Positions 1 to 13,565 of a stretch of 64,000 bases of DNA are shown here, one piece after another (position 1 is the stretch's first letter; each line of letters begins with the position of its first letter). Made by a program: the position numbers and the translations under genes. This DNA comes from Chrysemys picta bellii (taxonomy: Eukaryota). The notes under the pieces were generated by a model that searched no databases, was not told the origin of the DNA, and saw only the letters and a list, made by a program, of their open reading frames with translations. Where the stretch lies: NCBI RefSeq assembly GCF_011386835.1, contig NC_088791.1, forward strand, positions 94,364,001 through 94,428,000, given 5' to 3'.

Positions 1-346
1 TGTTTGAAAGAGTTTGTATTAACATGTGTTAATATGGTTTTCTCTAATGATTTTACCCTGAGAATAAATGTATTTTGCTTTATGAAGTCTGCTTGGTAAC
101 TGGAGTACATGGTTGTAGCCCCTGGAGAAAAGTTAACCACAGGTGCTGGACCCCAGTCAGATCTGCTGGGGAAATCACAGTAAGGCACAAAGTGAAAGCA
201 AGCATAAATCCCCAGTCAGGGGGGTGTGGGGGGGTGGAGAAGAGAAATCTCTGCCCAAGAAAAGTGTTCAGGATCCTGGCCATCATCTAAGTGGGTGCCA
301 TAGAGGAAGACCAGGAGAAGGGCCAAAGGTTTAGTTAACCCTGACA
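1..346. mobile_element. LTR-like fragment (3' part, ends ...CTGACA)
   Basis: AATAAA at 63-68 and an ACA terminus typical of an LTR end; left part lies outside the window. Confidence 0.35.
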
Positions 347-530
347 CCACCAGCCTAATTAGGCAAAACCCCACAGCAAACACTGTATTGCTGCACAACT
401 AAGCAATCCAAACAATGGAGGTGACAGCTGTAACACAAGTGAGGGAACTGTCTTGGGGAAAAAAAAAAAATTCTAGAATGTATTTGAGCTACAGCCTAAG
501 TATGAGGTGACTTCTATCAGCCCTGATTCA

Positions 531-779
<249 letters not shown>

Positions 780-815
780 TCACATAGGATAGTTTGGCCA
801 GAGTATGCAGTAGAC

Positions 816-1357
816 CAGCGGTTCTCAAACTGTGGGTCAGGACACGAAAGTGGGTCATGACTGTTTTAACAGGGTCTCCAGGGCTGGCTTACGCTTGCTG
901 GGGACTGGGGCCAAAGCCCATGGGCTTCAGCCCTGGGTGTCGGGGCTCAGGTTACAGGCCCCCTGCCTGGGGCTGAAGCCCTTGAGCTTCAGCTTTGCCC
1001 CCACCTACCTCAGGTGGTGGAGCTTGGGCTTTGGTCCCCCCACACAGGATGGCAGGGCTAGGGCAGGCTTGGGCGTCAGTCCCCGCTCCTGGAGTCGTAT
1101 AGTAATTTTTGTTGTCAGAAGGGGGTCACGGTGCAATGAAGTTTGAGAAGGGGGGGGAGGGATAGCTCAGTGGTTTGAGCATTGGCCTGCTAAACCCAGG
1201 GTTGTGAGTTCAATCCTTGAGGGGGCCACTTAGGGATCTGGGGCAAAATCAGTACTTGGTCCTGCTAGTGAAGGCAGGGGGCTTCACTGTCCCTTCACTT
1301 CAAGGTCCCTTCCAGTTCTAGGAGATAAATAAATGGAGATATCCTATTTAACCCCTG
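816..1357. mobile_element. hAT-Charlie-type MITE interrupted by a SINE
   Basis: TIR CAGCGGTTCTCAAAC / GTTTGAGAA..CCCCTG; near-perfect 8-bp TSD cagtagac/ctgtagac. Confidence 0.8.
1150..1350 (+). mobile_element. Tortoise Pol III-type tRNA-derived SINE with CR1-like 3' end
   Basis: A box TAGCTCAGTGG (1163-1173), B box GTTCAATCC (1208-1216), CR1-like tail AAGGTCCCTTCCAGTTCT. Confidence 0.88.
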
Positions 1358-1651
1358 CTGTAGACTATGATCAGATTGTAGAACGGGGGGGGGGAAGCAA
1401 TTCTGGATTCCATCCCCTCAACACACAAGAATTTTAGAGACAGCAGTGAGGAAAAGAAGCCAACTCAACTAGTGCTTACAGCACTGTATTTCCAAGTTCA
1501 GAAATCTTTCAGATGACAAAGAAAAAAAAATACCCTCACTACTTATGGCTATTGAAGATCCCATGGCATGTCTCAAGAGCAGGGACACAGCCATGGAGTC
1601 CTGGCCATGCCATTATATTGGGAATTATATTCTGTCTACTGAAGCTATTAG

Positions 1652-1740
1652 TTATATTACCACAGTACCTAGGACACCCCCGCCTCGCCCCCATCATGGA
1701 CCAGATATCCACTGTGCTAGGTGCTGTACAAAACACAGAA
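1652..1740 (-). mobile_element. L2/MIR-type 3' tail fragment
   Basis: Reverse complement of the TGTACAGCACCTAGCACAGTGG motif that recurs at 19430 and 20620. Confidence 0.55.
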
Positions 1741-1796
1741 CAAAAAAAAAAAAAAAACAAAAAACAAAAAAAGAGTTCCCGCCCCAAATAAAGTCA

Positions 1797-2240
<444 letters not shown>

Positions 2241-2980
2241 TCAAACACCTGGAAAAGAGTTTTGAATGTCAGCTTGGTCTTCCCTTAGAAAAGTTTTTCA
2301 TGTTAATAGAAGCTAGTGATGGGTGCCGGTGACAGCACCAGAACCCGAAATCGGTTCTTAGAGTTTGCACAGTACAAGCAACATAATCCAACTTAGAGGG
2401 ACACTTTTAGGGAATTCATGTATTAATATAACATCTTTATTGATGCTGATGAGGATGGTCATTGTGGCAGCATGAGTGATGCAAAAACCCAATCCACCTG
2501 GAACTGTACTGAGACTCAAGTCATTTTTATACAAGGCATCAAGACACCCATCAAGAGATCACTTAAGCATTAGGCTGGAACTGAAGTGGTGACTGATAAG
2601 CAAAAGATTCCATATTCCAGTATCTGACTTATTTTAAAGAGTCCACTCCTTGCAACGGCCCCAGAATCCCCTGCAATCACAGGATGAATGAGTCCCCAAA
2701 TAACTCCTTGATGGATCAGCAGAGAATCCCTGAAGTGCTCCCAGCCCAGAGAAAACCCAAACAGAGGCTGTCACTCAGACACAAACTTTTGAGCCAAGAA
2801 CAGGAGTGCAAAGTAAAGATCACTGCAGACAGCTTGTATAAAAAGAGGAGAAAAAGATGTAATTAGCAAGGAGTGTTCAGACAGCTGCCTTTTCTGGGTT
2901 CATACAACACCCAAATTCAAACCACCACTTGCTCAGATCAAAGAGATGTGGCTGTGATACTGCCTAACCCTGCCGCCTCA

Positions 2981-3493
<513 letters not shown>

Positions 3494-4095
3494 TCATATA
3501 TTTCTCAGTTTGCTTACTTTGTGCATTTAACAGCACTCTGGGTATTTAGTCAGTTTCCCCATCTACAGCCAGATACTCTATTTGTCTTTCACGCTGCAAC
3601 AGGGGAGAGAAAGTGTTTTTTTTTTTTTTTTTTTTAAAAAGGTTACCAGGGGATGCAGTGGAGACTATAGCTTTTGAAAAGAACTATTAACATGTTTTGT
3701 AAAACTGACTAGATCTCAAGTCTAGTTTTTCTTTCAATTATTAAAACTAAAGAAATTCAAAGGAGTCTACATGGGTTTGGGGGATTGTGGCTGTGATATG
3801 AAGTCTTTCTCCTCTAGGTTACTGGTTCCAATACAACCCCAGGTTTGTATACAAAAATGCATATTTCCCTCTTGGGGAGTCTTAACCCAGATCTTAGCAA
3901 GCAAGTGCCTATCTCTAAACAAATCACAAATTATCCTTATGGGCAGTCTCAGCAGAAAGCACAAGGACTGAATCGACCAACTGAACTTCCCTCCCTTGGC
4001 ATGGTTATTCCCTGCATCAGAGATACAGAAAATAGATAGGACTGATGTACATGGGAAGCTTGACTGAACACTGTCAATGTTCTCCCTGTACTACA

Positions 4096-4440
4096 GGCAT
4101 AGCAATTGAAATTAATCAGACTAGTGGTCTATCTAGTCCATTGTCCTGAGAGACAGTGGCTATTTCCAGATGCTTCAGAGGAGGTGCAAGAAAATCTGCA
4201 GTAAGCAGTTATGGGATAACCTGCCCCCTTGCAAGGTTTCCTGCTAATTGTTCCATAGCTTGAGGGTTGGCTTTGGCACTGAAATATACCCCTTCCAAAA
4301 CTTAGTAAATATTAAAAAAATAAATAACTTTTGACTCTGGATATTAAGAATACCCATGTACATATCCAACTATTTTGAAACCCACCGTGCTCTTGGCCTT
4401 AGTGACATCCATGAGCTAATTGTGCTTTCTATGAAAGAAT
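4096..4440 (-). mobile_element. Old CR1 LINE 3' fragment
   Basis: GTCTATCTAGTCC...CCAGATGCTTCAGAGG is characteristic of the reverse CR1 3'UTR. Confidence 0.55.
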
Positions 4441-5108
4441 GTCTTGCTCTAGAGGTGTCAAATTCAGTATTTTTCATTAGCACAATATTCAAAAATGTGA
4501 TTTGTAAAAGAGAACGAACAAATGAACAAGGGGCACACATATGAAAGCCATGTTAAAGGATCAGGTGTGAAAACCACAAATATGCAAAGTCAGGTGGCTG
4601 CTGCCACACCTAGGACATGTGACATTAAAGGTATTACATTTAGAAACAACAAAAAGGGAACTGCTTTATGTACTATAGACAGCCTTCAGCACATGCTACT
4701 AAGGGGAGTCAGAAGCAGCTATTTTGGTTAAAGTTGATAGTTAAATATAAAGTGCTTCTAACACACCCCTGTGAAGTAGGGAAGTATTCCCAATTTACAA
4801 ATGGGAAAAAAGCAATGACAGAGGTAAAGCAGACACTTCAGAACATGAAGGAAGTATCAAGACTGAGATTATAACTCCAGAACTCCCATCGCCCAGTACT
4901 GTGCTCAGATGCCTTAAAATGTGTTTGGAAATAAGAGTGGTTATCAATAATATTTATAGTTATGCCAGATAAAATAATAATAGGGTAACCCAATTATGTT
5001 TCCAGGCATACTCACCAGCAGGGCATGCCCTGCATGTGGTATTATATTGGGGAATGGAGTGGAGGGAATTTTTCACTTGACCACAGCTCAAAGTCCTCCA
5101 AAGCATCA

Positions 5109-5288
<180 letters not shown>

Positions 5289-5639
5289 CTAGACGGAAGA
5301 TCAGACACCCAGGTTAAACACACTGCCTGGGACAGTTTCCTAAACAGCGCTAGTTAAAGTACAGCCAATGTGCTCTATGTGGGAAGGGGGCTCTTTCAAA
5401 GGCCCCTTTCAGTCATTTTTGACACGTTTGTCAGTTACACCATAGGTCTCCTCCCCACACTGCACAGCAGTATTGGAGAGAGACGTACTCACCGATTATG
5501 AACGTTGAGCTGCTTTTAACCATTACGAAGTAGGGGGACCAGCACCTGGGGCTGCCCAGTGAAAGATCCCAGCAGGCGCCAGTTTAGGGGGAAGGGCAGC
5601 AATGTGCGGTAAATAAAAAAAAAAAAAACAAGTTGCCAG

Positions 5640-6560
5640 CTCACAATCCCCGCAGAGCCACAGCCCGGAGCCGTGCCGGGCGCTCGGACCAGGACACCTG
5701 TCGCGCGGATCTTCCTGCCCGGCCGGCCGCCTCCCCCAGCGGCGGCTGCCCCCCATCCTCACCACCTGGGTGGGGCGGGACCGTCCCAGCTCCCCGCTCT
5801 CGAGAGCACCGGCAGCTACCCTCACCGGACACCCCCACAGGCCTCCCGCTCCCCCGCCAGGGACACGCCCCCATCTCGGCCGCAGGAAGAAGCGGCCCCC
5901 ATTGCCCAGCAGTCAAACGCCTCCCTCGCCGGGCCTACCTTGCTGGTGAGGTCGAGCTCGGGCTCCCCGTTGAGCACCTCCCCGTCCTCGCTGCAGTCCG
6001 AGCCGAAGGCGGCGCGGCGGGGTCGGGCGGAGGCTGTCGCCTGGGCCGCCCCGCCGGGGGAGCTGGGCTCCGGCGCGAACATACAGGCCGGTACCGGGAA
6101 GCCCTCAATGGGCGAGCGGCTCCGCTCCGCCGCCATTTTCCCTGCTGCCCCGGCCTCCTGCACCCGCCTCATCAGCATAGCCCCACCCCCGGCTCCTTCT
6201 GCCTGGCCTATGCGTTAGTACTCCCTCGAAAGCCCGCCAAGTGGCTTGTTAATAATTAATCAGACATCCCAGCCAATCACCAGGCAGCGTGATGAATAAT
6301 TACGCATAACCATAACAACTACAGCCGTGCTCATAGCTATTCATAAGCCACACCCCCAAGTCAACGCTTCCCGCTGCAGACCGGAAGGTAGAAGGAGAGT
6401 TGCCAGGTCGACTCCTTATATCCTCACAAACACAGAGCGCGCTCTACGTGTTAACTGCCTTGTGACCAATTGAAGAGGAGAAAGGCATGACGAGACACAC
6501 TCTGCACCAATCAAACAAGAGATTTAGAAAGAGGGGTGGGCCCTGAATCTCCGCCTATCA
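5640..6560 (-). promoter_or_regulatory. GTPBP1: GTPBP1 CpG island and promoter with several CCAAT boxes
   Basis: High CpG density around exon 1; CCAAT motifs near 6273, 6466 and 6507; no TATA box seen. Confidence 0.75.
5939..6136 (-). CDS. GTPBP1: GTPBP1 coding exon 1 (MAAERSRSP...EPELDLTSK)
   Basis: ATG at 6136 in a CpG island; peptide resembles the human GTPBP1 N-terminus; donor AAG|GTAGG; 198 nt, phase 0. Confidence 0.93.
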
Positions 6561-7167
6561 TGGGACAGAGAGTTGGGTCAAAGGTTTCCCCAAAAAAGTA
6601 AAACCAGTCATTTACATTTCCTAGCTAACCAATAAGAGAGTAGGCTTTTCTGACAGACCTATGGAGGAACCAATCAAATGAGAAGACACACACTCTCGGC
6701 CTGCAGTCTGTGGGGATTTCCCGCGTGGGATGAGCTGACTTCGTTCTTTGGCAGATGCTGATGACATGGGGCTGAAATAAATCTGCTGGAACACTTTATT
6801 CTGATGCAATGATTCTGTCAGAGCTTGACTTAGCTGCTTCTCCACTGCCACCTCCATTATTTTGGGGACCCAGAAAGGTCAGGGCTAATCTCTGTCCCAG
6901 ACCTTTTCATTAGTGTAAAGCCAGTGTTGATAAACTTCACATTGCCCCCTCTGACTAGCCTGTGACCTCTATGAAAGCTGATGGTCATAAATCCCTCAAT
7001 TTTGAGGAGGATGACGTTCCCAGATCAACTTCTGTTTTTGCAATGGACAACAGTACCTCCCATGTTACCACTGCAAACTCCGTCCCTACCAGCTGCTCCA
7101 CTGAGCAGCCAATGCAGCTTCTACCCACAAAGAAAACAGCTCAGTGTTATAAGAGATGGTGTAGTCT

Positions 7168-7981
7168 TAGGGTTGCCAACCGTCCTGCATTGGCCAGGAG
7201 TCTCCCAGAATCAGACTCAATCTCCCGTTTGCTATTGAAAGCAATCCAGGAGATTTTAATAGGCCAAAAGTCCAGTTGGCGGCACAGCAGGGCAAAGACA
7301 GGCTCCCTACCTGCCCTGGCTCCGTGTGGCTCCCCGAAGCAGCCATGTCACTGTGGCACCTAAGTGCAGGGGCAATCAGAGAGGCTTCGCGCACTGTTCC
7401 CGCCCTGAGTGCTGGCTCCGCAGGTCCCGTTAGTCGGAAACCGCAGCCAGTGGGAGCTGTGGGGGCAGTGCCTGCAAGTGGGGGCAGTGCGCAGAGCCAC
7501 CTGGCCACCCCTGAGCCTAGGAGCCACAGGGACAAGTCGGTCACTTCTGGGAGCCGTCTGAGGTAAGCACTGCCCGGTTGGAGCCCACACTCCCTCCCGC
7601 ACCCCTACCCCCACCCTGATCCCCCTCCTGCACCCAAACTCCCTCCAAGAACCCACACTCCTCACCTTCTCCTGCACCCAACCCCTGCTCCAGCCTGAGC
7701 CCCTTCCTGCACCCAAACTCCCTCCCAGAGCCTGCACCTCCTGCACACCAACCTCCTGCCCCAGGCTCAGCCCGGAGCTCCCTTCCACATTCTGAACCCC
7801 TTGGCCCCACCCCCCAGCCTAGAGCCCGCACGTCAGCCCAGTGAAAGTGAGTGAGGGTGGAGGAGAGCGAGCCACCAAGGGAAGGGGGATAGAGTGAGAA
7901 GGGGTGGGGAGGTGCAGAGCCTCAGGGAAGGGGCAGGGCAAGGGTGTTTGGTTTTGTGCGATTAGACAATTGGAAACTGTA
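7168..7981. mobile_element. Non-autonomous hAT (Tip100-like) element
   Basis: TIR TAGGGTTGCCA / degenerate TGGAAACTGTA; perfect 8-bp TSD TGTAGTCT at 7160-7167 and 7982-7989; C-rich internal repeats. Confidence 0.85.
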
Positions 7982-8182
7982 TGTAGTCTAGATAATTACT
8001 CATGGGATTGAGAACAAGGGATTCCTGTGTTTCAATCTGGGCTCTAACAAAAAGTTCATCTGTGACCTTGGTTAATTCAACTTTATGGTCAGTTTCTGAG
8101 TACCCATAATTCCTGTTGACTTCCATTGGGCTTCTAGGTATTCAGCAGCTTTCACGACCAGGGCATCAATTTTCCCAGCTGT

Positions 8183-8608
8183 CACAGGTACCGGCTTCCT
8201 CCAGACCCCAGGGGTGCTCAAACCCCAACCCCTGGCTCCACCCCAGGCTCTGCCCCTACCCCACCTCTTCCCGCACCCTCTCTGCCCCAGGGACAGCCCC
8301 CACTTCATCTCTTCTCCCAAGCCCCACCCCCACACCACCTCTTCCTGCCCAGTTCCGCCCCCTTCCCAGAGCATGCCTCATCCCCGCTCCTCCTCCTCCC
8401 TTCCAGCGCCTCCTGCACACCACAGAACAGCTGATCCACGGGGGGCAGGCGAGTGGTGCTGGGAAGGAGGGGGAGGAGTTGATCAGTGGGGCTGCCAGGA
8501 GGCGCTGGTGGGAGAGGAGGAGCTTAGCTGCCGGTGGGTCCTAAGCACCCACTAATTTTTTTCCATGGGTGGTCCAGGGCTGGAGCACCCACGGTGTCAG
8601 TGCCTATG
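8183..8608. mobile_element. hAT-like MITE (CACAGG...GCCTATG termini)
   Basis: GGAGCACCC subterminal repeats and a C-rich core; no TSD found. Confidence 0.55.
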
Positions 8609-8914
8609 GTTCCTTTTAAGACAGATTCTTTTTGTTGAGAGAAAACCATCTGTAGTCACCCCTATCAGTCAGAGGCCCTCCTTTTAGAAACCTTCCCTTA
8701 TCTCATTCTTTGAAACAGACATCCTCCCGACTTCAAGAAAACATTCTACAAATACGTTAGAAGTAAGAGGAAGATCAAGGACAGGGTAGGCCCATTACTC
8801 AATGGGGGAGGAGGGGGACAATAACAGAAAATGTGGAAATAGCAGAAGTGCTAAATGACTTTTTTGTTTCAGTTTTCACCAAAAAGGTTAGTAGTGATTG
8901 GACGTCTAACATAG

Positions 8915-9956
8915 TATAGAACTGATGTATGAAATTGTTTTTAATTGTTCTCTTTATTAATGTAACTTCATAAGTAAAGTTTTATGAATGAAACAACATT
9001 CATTCATAAAACCGATTACTCCAATAACTGGCTAATTGACAATTAAGATGCTTGTTAAGAGCCATAGCTGTTCAGCCAGTTGCCCTTGTAAGTTTCACTG
9101 TCAATCCAATTCCTGTTTAAATCACTGAGACTTGCGCTGTTTCAGTATTGTAACTTCTGTTCACTGTTTGCCATTCACTACACTTGTCTACTTCTGTTCA
9201 CTGTTTGCCATATTGTAAATTCAAACTCCATTTTACTAATGCTTACTCCATTTTGTAAGCTTGCTGCAACCTTCATGTTTGCAAAACCCTGCTTGTAATC
9301 TTATTAGTTTAGTTTAGATGTGTGAATGAGCTATGTATGGATGATGGAATCAACCTCCAACACCAGCCTGTCCTGATGAAATAGAGTTCAAACTCCAACG
9401 GCTGAAGATGCAGACAAGAGCCCTAACAAAGTAAGAAGAGTCCACCCTAAAAAGAAAAGAACAAAGGTACAATAGAAGGAAGATCAAAGCCAGGTCCAAG
9501 GCTGAAAGTCACATCTGCAATTGACGAGTGATCAATCACCAAACCCAGAGGCAGCGTGACACAGCAAGACCCATAGACTCTGGATTCAAACTAAAGCCTA
9601 CAAAAAGGATGGGTGAGATGGAAGACTTTGGAGGGTAACATTCTGCTGCCAACATGGAAGGGCATCGGTGCATGCCCAACAGAGACCCAGCCCTTCCTTG
9701 TGCCCGACTTTCCTGGCCAGTTAGCCATCACAAGCTACGAACCCAAGCTGCGAACTCAAGCCACGAACTCAAGCTATGTTCAGGACTGGTAACTATACAG
9801 CAGCTGCAGAACATCTGATGGATGTGTGTGTGTGTGTGGATGTGTGTGTGTATAGGTATTAGTTATTGGTCATAAATCAAATTGTGTTATCATAATAATT
9901 GTGGCATCTTTGTCTTGCCCCCTAAAATGATTCTGTGTAGTTTTGTCTGCATAACA
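8915..9956. mobile_element. Solo-LTR-like insertion of about 1.04 kb inside CR1
   Basis: CR1 text ...CTAAC-ATAG(T)-GAATGCC is interrupted with a duplicated ATAG(T); ends ...ATAACA; contains a (GT)n tract. Confidence 0.7.
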
Positions 9957-10475
9957 ATAGTGAATGCCAGTGAAAATGAGGTAGGATCAGAGGCTAAAAT
10001 AGGGAAAGAACAAGTTAAAAATTACTTAGACAAGTTAGATGTCTTCAGGTCACCAGGGCCTGATGAAATACATCCTAGAATACTCAAGGAACTGACTGAG
10101 GAGATAGCTGAGCCATTACCAATTATCTTCCAAAAGTCATGGAAGACAGGAGAGATTTCCAGAGGACTGAAAAAGGGCAAATATAGTGCCAATCTATAAA
10201 AAGGGAAATAAGGGCAACCAGGGGAATTACAGACCAGTCAGCTTAACTTCAGTACCCGGAAAGATAATGGAGCAAATAATTAAGCAATCAGTTTGCAAAC
10301 ACCTTGAAGATAATAAGACATGCTGACTGTTACTTATATTTGTCAAGAACAAATCATGTCAAACCCACCTAATAGCTTTCTTTGAGAGGGTAGCATGCCT
10401 TTTGGATGGGGGGAAGCAGTGGATGTGGTATATCTTGACTTTAGTATGGCTTTTGATACTGTCTCACAAGACTTA

Positions 10476-10756
10476 GGGTACGTCTTCACTTACCGGAGGG
10501 TCCGGCGGCAGGCAATCGATGTTCTGGGATCGATTTATCGCGTCTGGTTTAGACGCAATAAATTGATCCCGGATCGATCCCGGAAGTGCTCGCCGTCGAC
10601 GCCGGTACTCCAGCTCGGCGAGAGGAGTACGCGGCATCGACGGGGGAGCCTCCCTGCTGTGTCTGGACCCGCGGTAAGTTCGGACTAAGGTACATTATTA
10701 ACGTAGCTGAATTTGCGTACCTTAGTCCGAAGTGGGGGGTTAGTGGGGACCAGGCC
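10476..10756. mobile_element. PIF/Harbinger MITE inside CR1
   Basis: TTA TSD at 10473-10475 and 10757-10759; imperfect TIR GGGTACGTCTTCACT / AGTGGGGACCAGGCC; CpG-rich. Confidence 0.88.
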
Positions 10757-12331
10757 TTACTCATAAACAAACTAGGGGAATACTACCTAGATAGAGCTAC
10801 TATAAGGTGGGTGCATATCTGGTTGGAAAACCGTTCCCAGAGAGTAGTTATCAGTGGTTCACAGTCAAGCTGGAAGGGCATATCAAGTGGGGTCCCACAG
10901 GGATCAGTTCTGGGTCCAGTTCTGTTCAATATCTTCATCAATGACTTAAATAATGGCATAGAGAGTTCACTTATAAAGTTTGCAGACAGTACCAAGCTGG
11001 AAGGGGTTGCAAGTGCTTTGAGGATAGGATTAAAATTCAAAATGATCTGGACAAACTGGATAAACGGTTAGAAGTAAATAGGATGAAATTCGATAAGGAC
11101 AAATGCAAAGTACTCCACTAAGGAAGGAACAATCAGTTGCACACATACAAAATGGGAAATGAGTGTCTAGGAATGGGTACTGCGGAAGAGGATCTGGAGG
11201 TCATAGTGGATCACAAGCTAAATATGAGTCAACAGTGTAAAACTGTTGCAAAAAAAAGCAAACATCATTCTGGGGTGTATTAGCAGGAGTGTTGTAAGCA
11301 AGACATGAGAAGTAATTCTTCTGCTCTACTCTGCGCTGATTAGGCCTCAGCTAGAATATTGTGCCCAGTTCTGGGCACCACATTTCAGGAAAGATATGGA
11401 CAAATTGGAGAAAGTCCAGAAGAGAGCAACAAAAATGATTAAAGGTCTAGAAAACATGACCTATGAGGGAAGATTGAAAAAAATGGGTTTGTTTCGTTTA
11501 GAAAAGAGAAGACTGAGAGGGGACCTGATAACAGTTTTGCAGTACATAAAAGATTATTAAAAGGAGAAGGGAGGTAAATTGTTCTCGTTAACCTCTGTCG
11601 ATAGGACAAGAAGCAATGGGCTTAAATTGCAGCAAGGGTGGTTTAGGTTGGACATTAGGAAAAACTTCCTAACTGTCAGGGTAGTTAAGCACTGGAATAA
11701 ATTGCCCAGGGAGGTTGTGGAATCTCCATCACTGGAGATTTGTAAGAGCAGGTTAGACAAACACCTGTCAGGGATGGTCTAGATAATACTTAGTCCCCTG
11801 AGTGCAGGAGACTACAGTAGATGACCTCTCGAGGTCCTTTCCAGTCCTATGATTCTATGATTGTGTAAAAAGAGATTTAATTTTCAGTAGCTCAGTTAGT
11901 CTGAGACTGAGCTGAGACTGCCAACATGGGGAATACATTATTGCTAAATGTGGTATTGGTTTTCAGTCCTGTTTCACTAGTAATTGTATTGAAATCCCTA
12001 ACACTGCATATTAGGATACTGAGCAGCCATTGTATGGTAACATTTTGAAATCATGTCTAGTTTGGGATTGTAATGGAATCAATGACCATGGGGCTGAAAG
12101 GCTCTATATCCTGTCTGGGAGCAACCCACGGAAAAAGATTAGTGGGAGCTTAGCACCCACTGGCAGCCAACTCCCGCCCCCCCAGTGCCTCCCGTCCACC
12201 GGCAGCCTGGCCAAATAAGTCCTCCCCCTCCCTCTCACCGTCTCCTGCCCACTGCAATCAACTGTTCTGTTATATGCAGCAGGTGCGGGGGGGGGGGGGG
12301 GGAAGAGGAGCGGGGAGGTGTGCTTGGGGGA

Positions 12332-12826
12332 CGAGTATTGTGTCCAGTTCTGGGCACCGCATTTCAAGAAAGATGTGGAGAAATTGGAGAGGGTCCAGAG
12401 GTCTTGAGAACATGACCTATGAAGGAAGGCTGAAAGAATTGGGTTTGTTTAGTTTGGAAAAGAGAAGACTGAGAGTGGACATGATAGCAGTTTTCAGGTA
12501 TCTAAAAGGGTGTCATAAGGAGGAGGGAGAAAACTTGTTCACCTTAGCCTCTAAGGATAGAACAAGAAGCAATGGGCTTAAACTGCAGCAAGGGAGGTCT
12601 AGGTTGGACATTAGGAAAAAGTTCCTAACTGTCAGGGTGGTTAAACACTGGAATAAATTGCCTAGGGAGGTTGTGGAATCTCCATCTCTGGAGATATTTA
12701 AGAGTAGGTTAGATAAATGTCTATCAGGGATGGTCTAGACAGTATTTGGTCCTGCCATGCGGGCAGGGGACTGGACTCGATGACCTCTCGAGGTCCCTTC
12801 CAGTCCTAGAATCTATGAATCTATGA
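12332..12826 (+). mobile_element. CR1 3' fragment with an internal deletion
   Basis: [25 protein letters not shown]...; GAATCTAT tail. Confidence 0.92.
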
Positions 12827-13303
12827 GGCACGCTTGGGGGAGGAGGCAGAACTGGGCGGGAAGAGGTCTGGCAGGGGTGGAGGCTTGGGAGAAGGGGTGG
12901 GGTGGGAATATGGCCTGGGGTGGAGCAGGGGTAGGAAGAGATGGGGTGGGGATGGGAGGTTGGGGTCGGATAGGTGCAGGGCCTGGGGCAGAGTCGGGGG
13001 TTAAGCATCCTCAGGGCCCGGAGGAAGCCGGTGCCTGTGAAAGGAATCAACATGGACATTCTCACCACACATATCAGTATTAGCTTAAAAGTAAAACCTA
13101 TGGGAACTGAGGTGTGACAAAAAAGCTGTTGGTCAGCAGGCAGGAGGGGAAGAGATAAGGAGAAAAGACCTTGGGGAGAAAAGAGATTGTAAATGTTATC
13201 TACATTAAAATTGGAAATAAAGGGGGGGAACTATCTTGAATTGATTTGTTAGCTAAAGTGGTAATTGGATCTGACATCATTTGTTAGTTAAAGGGTATAA
13301 AAG

Positions 13304-13427
13304 TAGGGTGACCAGATGTCCCGATTTTATAGGGACAGTCCCGATATTCGGGACTTTTTCTTATATAGGTGCCTATTACCCTCCACCCCTTGTCCTGATT
13401 TTTCACATTTTCTATATGGTCACCCTA
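13304..13427. mobile_element. 124-bp hAT MITE
   Basis: Perfect TIR TAGGGTGACCA/TGGTCACCCTA and perfect 8-bp TSD TATAAAAG. Confidence 0.92.
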
Positions 13428-13565
13428 TATAAAAGAGTTGTGATTTTGAGGGTTCTTTGTCAGACCCTACCTGATCAGGCTGGAGCATGCTAGGATGAGA
13501 TGGTTTCCCATAGGTCTGGCCTATTTGTAAGCATATTGATCAGCTGCTTATGAATACTTTATTTA

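Larger units (their letters stand above)
8735..11861 (+). mobile_element. 5'-truncated CR1 LINE (RT region and 3' tail) split by two nested insertions
   Basis: ORF2 fragments [36 protein letters not shown] and IKFADSTKL; (ATTCTATG)n tail at 11850-11861. Confidence 0.93.

Noticed and set aside
1150-1226. tRNA gene
   Set aside because: The tRNA-like head runs directly into a CR1-derived tail inside a MITE; it is a SINE, and the cloverleaf is imperfect
6137-6178. Upstream in-frame ATGs extending GTPBP1 by up to 14 aa
   Set aside because: The downstream aaaATGG has the better Kozak context and matches the known N-terminus; the TSS position is unknown, so this is not claimed
5523-6259. Several 100-208 aa ORFs on both strands
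   Set aside because: They result from stop-codon scarcity in the GC-rich CpG island; only the GTPBP1 exon 1 frame has homology and a splice donor
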